Shown here one piece after another: positions 19,296-31,184 of a stretch of DNA of 64,000 bases. Location: contig CAWFFH010000004.1 in assembly GCA_963815095.1 (NCBI GenBank), positions 192,001 through 256,000 on the forward strand, in the 5' to 3' direction. A model generated the notes under the pieces. The model saw nothing but the letters and a program-made list of their open reading frames with translations, made no database searches and had not been told where the DNA came from. Origin of the DNA: Candidatus Bathyarchaeota archaeon. Its GTDB lineage: Archaea; Thermoproteota; Bathyarchaeia; Bathyarchaeales; Bathycorpusculaceae. Every line of letters starts with the position of its first letter. Positions within the stretch are counted from its first letter, which is position 1. The position numbers and the translations under genes are program-made.

Positions 19296-22200
19296 ATGGG
19301 TTTGTGTGTGAAGTTAAAAAAAGTCGGTTCGAACCTGCAAATTTCTTCTGATATCAAAGTTGCAAATGTGTTTCCAATTGTTGGGATTGGCGCTTCTGCA
19401 GGCGGATTAGACCCCATCAGGAAGTTTCTGGAGAATTTGCCTATTGATATGGGCATGTCTTTTGTTGTAGTCCAGCATTTGGCTCCGGGACAAGAAAGCC
19501 TTCTTCCTGAAATCCTTTCAAGATCCACTAAAATGAAGGTTTTGCAAGTTCAAGATGGCATGCAAATTGAACAGGATAAGGTCTACGTAATTACTCCAGC
19601 AACAACCATGACGTTGAAAAACGGACAACTCAGACTTGTTCCCAAAGGTTTGGCTCTCAAGCCCATCAACGACTTTATGATCTCCTTAGCATCCGAGCGA
19701 AAAACCAAAGCAATCGGAATTGTTTTGTCAGGAACTGGCAATGACGGAACCGAAGGATTAAAAGCAATCAAAGCCGAAGGCGGATTAACCTTTGCACAAG
19801 ACCCGGAAACAGCACAATATCCCGACATGCCCAAGAACGCCATAGCTGCAGAAGAACCGGATTTTGTCCTTTCACCAGAACAGATAGCCCAAGAAATAGT
19901 TAAGATCGGCAATCACCCTCAACTCAAACATTCCGAAATGTCGGCCAAACAAGAAAAAACCGAGACCGACTTGAAGAAAATTATCATGCTGCTAAAGTCT
20001 TCTTTTGGCGTTGATTTTACCCATTACAGAGACACAACAATTGACCGACGCATTACACGACGCATGGTCATTAACAAGTCAGAAAACATGACGGCATATG
20101 TCGAGTATTTGCGGAAGAATCCGAGTGAGCTGCAGTTATTGTTTGACGACCTGTTAATTGGCGTAACAAGCTTCTTTAGGGAACCGGACACTTTCGTGGC
20201 ATTGAAAGAAAAAGTTTTTCCAGAACTCATCAAGAACAAGTCACCCAACGAATCCATACGAGCTTGGATTCCAGGCTGTTCCACAGGAGAAGAAGTCTAT
20301 TCTTTTGCCATAACAATTCAAGACTTCCTAGAAGAAAAAGGCATACCCGAGATAAGGGTTCAAATTTTTGGAACGGATGCAAATGAGAAAAACATTGAGA
20401 AATCTCGACAAGGAACCTATCCAAAAAACATAGAAGACAACGTCTCCGAAAACAGGCTAAAACGATTCTTCACTTTCTCCAACGAACATTATCGGATAAC
20501 AAAAACTATTCGTGACATTTGCATTTTTGCAAAACAGGACATTACAACTGATCCTCCTTTCTCCAACATAGATCTCATTATGTGCAGAAATGTGCTTATT
20601 TATTTTGATTCTTACCTTCATGAAAAAATATTGCACATTTTCCATTATGGCCTAAAAACGAATGGTTTTCTAGTTCTGGGCGAGGCTGAAAGTGTTGGCA
20701 AGTTTCAGTATCTGTTTCAACCAATTATTCCAGGAAGCCTAATTTTCCGGAAGAAACAAGCCCAACCACAGGTATTGTTAGGTGAAGAAGTCTTTGTTCC
20801 TCACTCTATGAAGAAAACTGCTGAACCGCTTGAAAAAGCAGACTTGATATCGGTTTTGAGCGAGAAAGTTGATCATCTTATAACATCGGAGTATGGACCG
20901 GCGACTTTGTTGTTGAACAACAACTTGGATATACTGGTGTTTCGCGGAGATGTTGCTCCTTTTCTTTCGCCCGAATCGGGAGTCGCGAGCTTTAACGTAA
21001 CCAAGATTGTTCGCAAAGAGTTGAGGTCGCAAGTTCAGACTGCTTTGTATAGGGCAAGAAAAGAAAAGAGAGCTATTAAAGAAACGGTGGGTTTCAAACA
21101 AAAAGGGCAATCAAAGACAGTTAACATCGAGATAAGACCATTAGAAACAGCACAGTTCGAAGAACCGTTCTACCTTGCATTATTTACTGAAGGACCCACG
21201 CGCGATGCTTCTTTAGCTAAAGAAGTTGAATCTGTTGTTTTGCAAGGTGAGGCGGAGAGCCTTAAGGATCGTCAGATTCGTGAACTCGGAGAGGATTTGG
21301 ATGCAACTAAGCGATCTTTGCAGAGTCTTATGGAGGGGCAGCAGGCGACTAATGAGGAGTTGCGGTCGTCTATGGAGGAGGTTCAGTCGAGCAATGAAGA
21401 ATTGCAGAGTACAAATGAAGAGTTGGAAACCGCAAAGGAGGAGCTGCAGTCAGGCAATGAGGAGCTGCAGACTCTTAACGAGGAGCTTAAGAACCGCAAT
21501 CAGGCTCTTGGTCGCCTAAACGATGACCTAACTAACTTGCAAACGAACATTGACCTTCCCGTGGTTATTGTCGATAATGAGCTTAAGATTAGGCGTTTTA
21601 CTGTTTCAGCTCAAAAACTTTTGAAGATTTCGCCATCCGATGTTGGGCGGCCTATTACCGATTTCAATCTGGGCGTTTATGCTGTTGATTTAGGAAAGAC
21701 AATCTTGGATGTTACCACTAAGTTAGCTGGTGTTATTCAAGAAGTTGCTTGCGCCGAAGACCGGTCGTGTGAGATGAGTGTTCGACCGTACTTGACTGAG
21801 GAGAAAAAGATTGACGGGGCAGTTCTATCCTTCACGGACATAACCGAACGCAAGAAAATGGCGCAAGAGTTATCTGTCTCTCTCGAAGATTCACAGCGGC
21901 GTGAGTCTGAGATTTCAGCCTTATTGAAATCATCAAAAGTAGTTTTGCAAAACAAAGAATTTCCGGATTCGGCGCGAGCAATATTTGACGCTGCCAAAGA
22001 ATTAATTGGAGCCACAGCTGGCTATGTCGCCCTCTTAAGTGATAACGGAAGAGAAAACGAAGTCTTGTTCTTGGATGCTGGAGGGCTTCCTTGTACGGTT
22101 GATCCTTCGCTTCCGATGCCTATTCGTGGACTCCGTTCTGAAGCGTACAACTCTGGGAAAGTGGCAGTTGAAAATGATTTTAACAAAAGTGAATGGAAGA

Positions 22201-23180
22201 AATTTATGCCTGATGGTCATGTGCAACTCAAGAGTGTATTGTTTGCACCATTGATGATTGAACAGAGAGCTGTCGGGGTAATCGGGTTAGCTAATAAACA
22301 GGGTGGATTCACCAAACGTGATCGCGAAATGGCAATGGCGTTTGGAGAAATTGCCTCGGTTGCCTTAGCCAACAGTAAAATGCTTGAGATGCTGGAAGAA
22401 AATGAAAAAGAGTTAAAGAAGCACTCTGAGCATTTGGAGGGGCTTGTTGAGGAGCGAACCAAGCAGCTTAAAGATTCTGAACGCTTGGCGGCTATTGGTG
22501 CAAACTGCAGGCATGGTTGGGCATGATATTCGAAATCCTCTGCAAGCTATAACTGGCGATGTATATTTGGCTAAAACAGAATTAGCTTCAACGCCTGAGA
22601 GCGAAGAGAAAAAGAGTGCATTAGAAAGTCTTACAAGAGATTGAGAAGAACATTGATTACATTAACAAGATTGTGGCTGATCTACAAGATTTTGCAAGAC
22701 CACTTAAGCCAAATGCAGAAGAAACCGACCTAAAACCGTAATTGATGAACTTACTATCGAAAAATGGTTTACCCGAGAACGTTAAAGTAAGCGTTAAAGT
22801 TGAAGCTGAAGCTAGAAAAATTGTGGCTGACTCTACTTTCATTAACCGCATTATGTACAATTTGGTTAATAATGCTGTTCAAGCGATGCCAAAAGGCGGC
22901 AAACTAACTATACACGTCTACAAAGAAGCAAAAGATGTCTTAATAACTGTCAAGGATACAGGCGTTGGCATTCCTGAAGTATGTAAAAAGCAAATTGTTT
23001 ACGCCTATGTTCACGACTAAAGCTAAAGGTCAAGGCTTCGGCTTAGCTGTGATTAAACGTATGACTGAAGCATTAGGCGGCACCGTAACTTTTGAGAGCC
23101 AAGAAGGCAAAGGAACAACTTTCAAAGTACGTTTGCCCCCCCCCAAAGAGCTAAACGGTAAATTGGTCTACAAGCATTGA
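19296..23180 (+). CDS. CheB-CheR-PAS-coil-PAS-GAF-histidine kinase hybrid (3' part split by frameshifts)
   Basis: GASAGG/VQH/GTGNDG (CheB), GCSTGEEVYS (CheR), NEELQS repeats, GAF, HDIRNPL, NLVNNA, DTGVGI, GQGFGL across ORFs 19296, 22444, 22742 and 22965. Confidence 0.9.
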
Positions 23181-23229
23181 AATAAGCTTAAAGGAACTCA
23201 AATTCTTAATTCTGAAATTTCTTAATTTA

Positions 23230-23469
23230 TTAGATATTCTGAATTACCACAAACCCTTCCAATTCTTTTAGGAATAGTTTATGTTTTTTCAGAATTGGTG
23301 CAATACTTTGTTTTGAAGTGCTATCGACAGAGCAGTTTATTTTTATCTCGAACTCTTTTGATGAGATGGAAGTTTCCGGGTTATCTAAAGAAACGCTGTT
23401 CATTGTCACGGATTCTTTGAACGCTTCTAGGATTTCGTGAAGCACAGCGAGGGCTTCTGCTCTATCCAT
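23230..23469 (-). CDS. small hypothetical protein (paralog of 43405..43641)
   Basis: MDRAEALAVLHEI... aligns by eye with MDRVQAMNLIKEI... Confidence 0.65.
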   Translation of the reverse strand: MDRAEALAVLHEILEAFKESVTMNSVSLDNPETSISSKEFEIKINCSVDSTSKQSIAPILKKHKLFLKELEGFVVIQNI

Positions 23470-23608
23470 ACTCGCCAGTCCCAGTTGTGATTATTGATTC
23501 AATTTGTATTTATGTTTTGTGCGTACCCACTTGAACCTATTAGATAGTTAAAAATGAGAATCCAATTCTATGTCAACTCTCAGTTTAAATGTTACCTTAA
23601 AATCGTCT

Positions 23609-24149
23609 CTAAATGTGAATGTTTTTTAGACGTTTGATACTCGATTTTAGAGAATTCCTAAAGCAGTAAGAACATGAAAAATTATCACTAAGAAAAACAC
23701 CATAACTAAAGCTGGCGTGAATAAATTGGTTAGTCTTATGGTCTATTTGCTTTACTAAAGGGAATCTTTCTGCGAAACCTGTTGTCACTTCCAAAGTTAA
23801 TGCAATGTACAGGATTAAGCCTGTTCCTAACGCTGGGTAGAATGCTATTGGTCTTCCCAGTTGAGCTGCAAAATGAATTGAGATTAGTGAAAAGAAGAGA
23901 AGGTTTCCAAAGATGTGGTACCTAAGGAGCCCCTTAAACTTTTAAGGGGTAAAAACGCTTTAAGACCACGAATGCTGGAGTATCGATTGCAATGTAGCTT
24001 GTGCCAATTATGGAGAGCCAATGGCTAAAACGAAGAGGACCAACAAAGAAAAGCACGTTTAGAAAATGTAGGTATGCAGAAACCATAAGCGAACCTGCTA
24101 CTAAGACAATTAACAGTGCCAGCAAGAACTCAGAATCTTTGAAATTCAC
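23609..24149 (-). CDS. multi-TM His-containing membrane protein (cytochrome b/ferric-reductase-like), frameshifted
   Basis: Joins ORFs 23934..24149 and 23609..23794; SHWLS, RYHIFG, SIHF and FIHA histidines in TM helices. Confidence 0.5.
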
Positions 24150-24250
24150 TAAAATCCACTAACTTAACTGATGAACAACCGAATATAAAAGTTACTTGAA
24201 GAGCAGCGCCTTGAGATGTCAACTCAACTCGCTCCTTGCAATTTAGCGCT

Positions 24251-24391
24251 CTAATTCTTTTGTTCAGACAAAACGTTCTCAAAATGTAGCTCTATGTATT
24301 CGCTTCTTGATCTTTTCTGCTTGGAAGCTTCTTTGTCTATCTTCTCTAAAACGCGGTTAGAGAGGGCTATGCTTACTGGGTGTTTACGCAT
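24251..24391 (-). CDS. ribbon-helix-helix (CopG-like) regulator divergent from the capsid operon
   Basis: MRKHPVSIALSNRVLEKIDKEA....SRSEYIE. Confidence 0.8.
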   Translation of the reverse strand: MRKHPVSIALSNRVLEKIDKEASKQKRSRSEYIELHFENVLSEQKN

Positions 24392-24492
24392 AAATCCTGA
24401 CCCTTTGAATATTTGCCGCTTGTTAATATTTAACAATTGCTGTTAAGGCTTAACAACAGCCTTTTTCAGCAAAATAAGCCTAATTCTGCCTT

Positions 24493-25244
24493 ATGACCCA
24501 GGATAACTGTAACGGTTGCAAGCATGTTCGAGAACATGTAGCTTCCCTTTTACCCTTCAAAGTTTTAGAATCAATCGCAGACAAACCCTTGCGTATTGGT
24601 GGAGTTGCAATGGCTCCGGGCTGTCTCGAAATTTCAATGTTTACACGCCTGAGGAACTTGGGATTTTCGCAGAGAAGCTAGTTAATGCTCCAGTGTATAT
24701 TGAGCATGTTGCTGTTGAAACTGCCTCTGGAAAAGTCACGAAATGCACATACGATGCGGCAACTCGCAGTCTGCTTTATGAAGCTGAGATTTACGATCAA
24801 GCGATTGCGGATAAAATTCGCAACGGTCTCATCCAGCACGTTAGTGTCGGCGCCGACTATGACTCACTTGATGTAGTTGACGCCAAAGTTCCTCATGGGC
24901 TTTTCAATCCTGAACTGTCCCTTGTAGCTGTTCCGGGCATTCCTGAGACAAACGTGCATGTGATAGAGCGGGTTGAGGAGAAACAGCTTCAGGAAAAGCT
25001 CGCTCAAAGAGAATGCAAGTTAACTGAAGCGCAAACAACAATTGAGGATTTACGCAAGCAATTGCCCAGTGCCAGTTTGCTTAAGAATCCGCCTAAAATG
25101 ATGCCTGTTTCTGAGCATGTTTCTGAGGTAAAGGGCTTGCTGTCACCTTTGATGGTTGAGCGCAGTTCCATGTTTGCCATGCGGAAACAGCAAGAGATTA
25201 GAGCTGTTCTGTTTCGTGCTAAAGAAAAGTATGGAGTGGACTAG
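24493..25244 (+). CDS. prohead protease with C-terminal scaffold-like coil (frameshift near 24617)
   Basis: IGGVAM..G.SRNFNVYTPEEL, VYIEH, HVSVG and ELSLVAVPG. Confidence 0.75.
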
Positions 25245-25327
25245 CTGTGTTTTTGCTCACTTTTGTGGGGAAGAGTACCAAAGGACGAACTTTGGGAAAT
25301 TCAAAAAATTTAATCGATTTGATTTGA

Positions 25328-25756
25328 ATGGCCGATAAAACAGGCAAAGCTTGGATGGCTGCAGGAGAAACAGACGACCCAAACGCTATCATAGAATCTT
25401 TTGAAGCAGCAGTCGGCGTCACTAAAGGCTCACCGGTTTACTTGAGCGCTGACGATAAGGTCTCGCCAAGTCCAGGCGGAGACGACGCAATTGGCATAGC
25501 AACTAAAACTGTTCTGGCAACCGAAATATGCCCAGTTCTAAAGCGTGGACGAGTCAAAGTCACTGTAGATGGAGCTATAACACGTGGAAAAGCGGTGTGT
25601 GGTGCAGCTAACGGGAAAGTTACTCAATTCGTTGACCAAGCGGTGAACGAAGGCGGAGCAGCAACTTTAACCATCTTCTACAATCGCAAATTAGGCACAG
25701 CGCTTGAATCTGCAACAACTGACGGCGATTTCATCTTCATCAATGTGGAGAAGTGA
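25328..25756 (+). CDS. capsid cement/decoration protein (DUF2190-like)
   Basis: FEAA..VTKG.PV...AIGIA...V...G.V.V...GAITRG.AV...LGTALE.A...GD.I. Confidence 0.75.
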   Translation: MADKTGKAWMAAGETDDPNAIIESFEAAVGVTKGSPVYLSADDKVSPSPGGDDAIGIATKTVLATEICPVLKRGRVKVTVDGAITRGKAVCGAANGKVTQFVDQAVNEGGAATLTIFYNRKLGTALESATTDGDFIFINVEK

Positions 25757-25760
25757 TTGC

Positions 25761-26724
25761 ATGAAACCTAAACTATTCGAAGCTCTACAGATAGCACGAT
25801 TCTGAACAGAAGCGCGTCTATGAAGACCTAAAACGCAAACTTGAGGTGAACCCGTTTCTTAAGCGCTATGTTGCTGTGGGCGTAAAAGAAGGATTCTTTA
25901 GCGACTCGGCAAATGCGCTTGGACGCGTGCATGACACTATGGTTGAAGCTGCTTGGCCCGAACTAATAGGTAGAAGCATAATCAACGTTATGCCGACCAA
26001 TGAAGCAATGGAGCGTTTCCCACTCGACGAAGACGCAGTTGCTTATCAATATGCTGAAGGCGCAGTCGTACGCTTAAGCGGCAAAAAACCCAGCAAGGTT
26101 GACATATACACAAATATCACCGTAGAGTCAGGCGATGAATGGACCAAAGAGTTCGATGAAGACGCAACCTGGAACGTTATGGACCGCATGGTGAGCAACG
26201 TTGGCAGAGCAGTCGGAGTCAAGGAAACCCAGAAAATTCATATCCCTCTATGCTGCTATCGCTGATGCTGATTTGGCGACTGGTGCAGTACTTGCCGGCG
26301 GCGGTGCAGTGTTAAGTTGGGCGTCAACTTTTATCGTTACATTATGCGGTGCGCAGTCAGAATTGGAAGCCAAATGTTTTGGCAATCAATGAGATGCAAC
26401 TGCATCAGTTGCTAAACGATGAGAACTTTATGAAACGGAGTTATGCTGCCAAGTACGCAAACTGACATTGACCAAGGATCCATCGGTACGATATTGGGTA
26501 TGAAGGTTCAAGCCAGCACTGGAGATTCCAAACGGAACAGCCTACGCAATTAGACACACGAGTTGCTACTGTGATGCTTCTACGAAGAGACGTCACTGTG
26601 GAAGACTGGGAAGACGTCAAAAACAGGCAAGTACGGCATCCGAGGCACCACCCGCTTTGGGTTAGGCATTTTGCGCTCCAAAGCTATTGCCAAGATGACC
26701 AACATCAAAGCAACACTAACCTAA
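25761..26724 (+). CDS. HK97-fold major capsid protein (several frameshifts)
   Basis: IGRSIINV...EGA...EDATWNVM; C-terminus LLRRDVTVEDWED...YGIRGTTRFGLGILRSKAIAKM. Confidence 0.8.
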
Positions 26725-26794
26725 AAGCGCTTCAAAAACCATCAACATTTCCCTCTTTTTTTGGGATTGAATAAAAATCAAGGTAATCTACGTC

Positions 26795-28042
26795 ATGAGT
26801 AAAGTCATCAGAAAAATCCGTGAGGTCCTCTCTTATGCGCCTGCTTCTGGCGTGGCAACTCCAAATGGCAGAGTGTTCTTTGACACTTCCTGCATTCCCT
26901 TAGCAGATGTTATGAAGCTCTATGACCGAGACCCAACCTGCAAGAGCAGCGTGGATTTATTGGCTGCTTCAACAGTTGGCATGGGCTTCTACACCACTGT
27001 AGATGAGAAATACGAGAAGGCAGAAGCGAAGCCAAAGCCGCCGTTGATAAGTTCTGTGAAGACGTCAACTTGATGGCTTACTAAATGATATGGCTAAGCC
27101 TTTGATTGGCTGCGGCAACGATTTTTGGCTTAAACTCACGCCTGAACAAGCTAACGGATACTCTGCGTATGCCCATCGATGCAGTGCAACGCATTGGACT
27201 AAGCTCTGTTCCCAACTTGAAATTCCCTACAAAGTTACGGGTTACCAACTTCAAAGCACCTATGGCGGCAATGCTGGAAATGAGCTTAAGCCTGAAGCGG
27301 TTATCCATTGGCGCCTTAACGGTGATGTTCCTTCGGGTTTTGGTGTTGGACTTGCTGCAGGTGCTCTTGCACACCTTAACCATTGACACCGATAAGCGCC
27401 CTTCTGACGCTTGGATGAAAGCCAAGATAGAGAAAATTCTGCCCAACATATTCACAAAGTACGCTGGACCGGACGTTGTGGTGCAACTGGAAGGCCAGAA
27501 AGAGGACACCATCAAAAAGTATGAAACGGCAATCAAGAATCGACCTGAAGAGGGGCAGTGGCTTTTCAGTGGCGCCAAAACCGTCGGCGTAAATCCAGTA
27601 ACTATTGACCCAAGAGCACGCTTCGAGTACTACATCGACCACATGGTTAACCAATTCTATCTCGGATGCGAAACGCCATTGCCACGGTTGTTTAGCACTC
27701 CAGGCTTTACCGAAGCAAGCGCAAAAGCTGCGCTAGAACTTCAAGATATGCTCATAAAACCCGTCCAGCGCTACATCAAGCGCCAAGTCGAAAAAGAACT
27801 TTTCGCCCTTGTTGTTGCTCAAGGCGGGTTTGATGCCGCCAAAGCTAAGGTAAGATTGAATTTTGGCTAGTCCCAAAACACCTGAACTAGTCCTAACCGA
27901 TCTCATCAAAGCAGCTGAACTTGGGTTAGTTCGAGCGGAAGAATTCCGAAAGAACGCAGTAAAATTCGGTTGGGAACTCTGGGACGATACTTCACAGAAA
28001 CGTAGTCAAAGTAACACATCAGATAGCAAGGGAGGTGATTGA
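26795..28042 (+). CDS. portal protein (several frameshifts)
   Basis: LY..DPT.KS.VD.LA....G.G, EAVIHWR......FG.G, ASA.AA......IKP.QR.I...VE..LF, GLV..EEFR. Confidence 0.75.
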
Positions 28043-28235
28043 CACGGCAATCTTATCGAACAATGAAGAAGGGTTTATTCTTGGAATCGCAGAAGCAAGC
28101 GGAGCAGGAGCAGCGTTCTTAGCAACACAGCCAGTTGACCCAGCCCTCAAAGTTGCAGCATGCGGCATTTTGGGCTTTATCAGCGTAACGCTCAACGCTT
28201 TCTGGTTCAAATACGTAAAACCAGCTTCTTCTTAG
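28035..28235 (+). CDS. small 2-TM protein (holin-like)
   Basis: Two short hydrophobic helices inside the virion operon; start uncertain. Confidence 0.4.
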   Translation: MIDTAILSNNEEGFILGIAEASGAGAAFLATQPVDPALKVAACGILGFISVTLNAFWFKYVKPASS

Positions 28236-28398
28236 GCTTTTTTGGCTTGACACGGCTCACTTGAGGGGCTGTGCAAGAATCCAAACAAGAGGGAACAAGC
28301 AAGATGACGAGAGAATCAAAAGTTGCAGATGTGGCATTTAGCGGAGCGTTTGGACTTAGCAATCAGTTCATTATTGTTCCTTTGGGGGCATTCATAAC

Positions 28399-28752
28399 TT
28401 GGCTTCTGTTTCAGTTGATGACGTTCGGGATGTCCTTTACATATTAGCGATTCCGATATTCCCGACGCTAAAATCTTAAAAATGATTAAACGCGCATCTG
28501 TGACCTTGGCACTTGAGCTATCTGAAAACATCGATTATTCAAATTGTTCAGACTCTCAAAAGGAAGGCATAACGCTTCTGGCAGCTATCTATGCGGTCTG
28601 CTACTTAACTGGCGGCTCAGCAATCGGCTTAAACTTTCAGCGTCGGCGACCTAACAAGCTCAACATCATCTTTACCAAGCTTAACAGTTTTGCAAACGGA
28701 GTTCGAACGGATTCTTGCTAGCCTCAAAGAGCCTTATGTGGGGAGCGTGTAG
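28399..28752 (+). CDS. head-tail adaptor (gp6/gp15-like), frameshifted
   Basis: MASVSVDDVRDVL...DIPDAKI..MIKRA...AAIYA...FSVGDL; position after the portal gene. Confidence 0.65.
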
Positions 28753-28754
28753 AG

Positions 28755-30150
28755 ATGGGAACCGTTCCTGAAGCCTATTATCAGTTTATAATGGACTATG
28801 CGCCCATACGTTTACATTATTCCGCCAAACACACCAGACCCAGCATATGGAAAAGGCGTTTTAGCAGCTAGCTTCGCTATCGACTTTTTATGTGAAGCGT
28901 ATTCTGCCAATCAGTTTGAGGACAGAAAAGAAAGAGGTCTATGACAAAATCGTAAGTTTAGCTGATTGGGTTCTAACCCAGCAATGCATCGACCCAGCAA
29001 GGAAGGCTTATGGCGGTTTCAAAAGCGCAGAAAACAGCACTTACTATTACAGCGTGGATGCTTGCAGAGTTATTCCTTCACTTCTAAGAGCCTATGAACT
29101 CACAAACTGATAGCCGATATTTAGACACTGCAAAGCTTGCTGGTGGAACTTTTCTTAAAACCATGCAGGACCAGCAATCATACGGCGGCTTCGCTAGAGC
29201 AGTAACTATCGGCGATGCTTGGCTTTTGCAGATGGACGTCGAATGCCTCTATGGATTAATCGGTTTGAATATGTTGGCGGAAAAGCACGATGTCCCAAAC
29301 TCTGTAGTCTACCAGGATATTATGAGTAAAGCGATCGGTTTTCTAGGGAACGGCTTTGAGAACCTTTGGCTAAGCTATGACCCTTCAGATGGAAAATGGC
29401 ACCGGGTTGGCTTAAATGAGAACGAGGTTTATGATGACCCGTTCGCCTATGCTTTGCTTGGATTATATGATTTTGAAGGCTGGAGCGCAAGCTGCCAAAG
29501 AGTCTACAATTGCCTAAACAGCATAAGAGCAAACGCAAAATATCCAGCTTATAATCCTGCAGTTTGCTGGGCAGGATACATAGATATCATTAGCCGATTC
29601 TCAGCATGCGATTATTACGATGCCGTCACAAGCGGAATTTTATGGAAAATCCGCAGCAACCACGACAAACCAAGTCTTGAATTTAGCATCAAAGTCCTCG
29701 AGAAGCATAGCGAGGAATTCATGTTCTGGGGCGCCAAACACGCAGACTACAGTTATGTTGAAAACAAGCAGGCTATGGTTACCGTTTGCTGGCTTGCGCA
29801 CTTATTCCTCAACTATGAAGAACCCTCAACCCACATTCACAAGGATTTTAAAAAGCAAGGGTGAGACAATTCAGCTTTATCCGATCAGGCAAGCTGCCGA
29901 CACTTTGGATTATGGTGAGCCACTGGATTTGTTAGCTACTGTTTCTGCTTTGAAAGAAGAGCAAGTAATGCTTGAAGCAGGCTACTACCTAAACGACTAC
30001 ATCGCATTCTACACGTTTCTTCCAGTTCGGGTTCATGACAAAATAAGGCGCCAAGGCGAAGACTACGAAATCCAAACAGTAACACCCTACATTTTTGCGA
30101 ACCAGCGGATTTACTTCAAAAGCGTAGCAAGGAGGCTGATTGGCAATTGA
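28755..30150 (+). CDS. alpha/alpha-barrel (six-hairpin glycosidase/terpenoid cyclase-like) domain fused to head-closure domain, frameshifted
   Basis: DWVLTQQ...YGGF, LLRAYELT.D.RYLD.A, FL..MQ....GGF; C-terminal ~105 aa DKIRRQGEDYEIQTV stopper-like. Confidence 0.6.
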
Positions 30151-31168
30151 GCGTGGTCGAAGTTGAGAATCCCGTCGTAACTGTTCTGCGCTTAATTGAA
30201 TCCCGAATTAGGGTTGTTAAAGACGATGGCGGATTAGCAAACATCCGGTGTTCGCAAGCAAACTATGACCGCGAACTCCTAAAAGACGTAGACGCCCAAA
30301 TTACACTCTCCAAAACCACTGACCCATGCCTACCCCAAAAACACACCTTGGATGGAAAGTTAAGGCGCCGCATCTATTCGCTAAGAGCAACAATCTTTGC
30401 AATCGATAAGCCAACTCCAAGCGCCGATGTTGGCAGAGTTATGCGAGACAAAATTCTTGAACAGCTGCTTTTGATTGTTCCTGAAAACCGCAACCTACCC
30501 TACAGAACCATCTACAACTTTTACCCACTAAACTCAACGTCTACAACTCACAAAGCCTACACTGCAGCAGCTTTGGCGGAACTTGAACCCTCAAGCGCGT
30601 CTTGGGTAGAACTGTCTGATTTGGAATATCCAAACCTTTGGAGCAGTGACGACGTTAGGCACTCTAAAAGCGCAAGCGGCATCAATGAATTTGCGTTTAT
30701 GCTATTCCGCTTCAAAATCGGTTCTAAAGCTGGAGAAACCCGCAATGAACCCCGAAAACAGTGCTTAAAGCGCGTAGTCTTGTCCTTTGAAGGCTACGGG
30801 ACTGCACCCATGGGAAACGGTTTAACCTGCAAAGTCTGGGATAACGTGGCGGGCGCATGGACTAATCCCCAAAGTAGCGTTTCAGAAACAGATGAAACCA
30901 CAACCATCACACTTAACGTCAAATCTAACCAACTACGTCAATGATGACGGCTACCTCTACTTATTGGCACAGACAACCCATTCAAGCGATGGAAACACAC
31001 CGCCGTTTTGTACTGCGATTTTATCCAAGCAACCGTTGACGTGCGAGGCATAACGTTTTGTGACGTGCACAGTTACCGAGACATCGACGTTGTTGATGTC
31101 AAACCCTTCCTCTACAAAGAAGAAATCATCTCATGGCATGGCTCTTCGAGTCCATAGCCATCTCATAG
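30147..31168 (+). CDS. tail terminator-like protein with inserted beta domain, frameshifted
   Basis: Neck position; ENPV..VLRLI N-terminus and RDID......FLY.E C-terminus flank a ~170-aa beta-rich insert. Confidence 0.5.
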
Positions 31169-31184
31169 TCATAGGTGAAACCGA

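Noticed and set aside
21340-21490. 21-nt-period repeats (AATGAGGAG.TGCAG..) as a CRISPR or tandem array
   Set aside because: They encode the NEELQS heptad coiled coil of the CheB/CheR protein; there are no unique spacers. No CRISPR array was seen anywhere in the window
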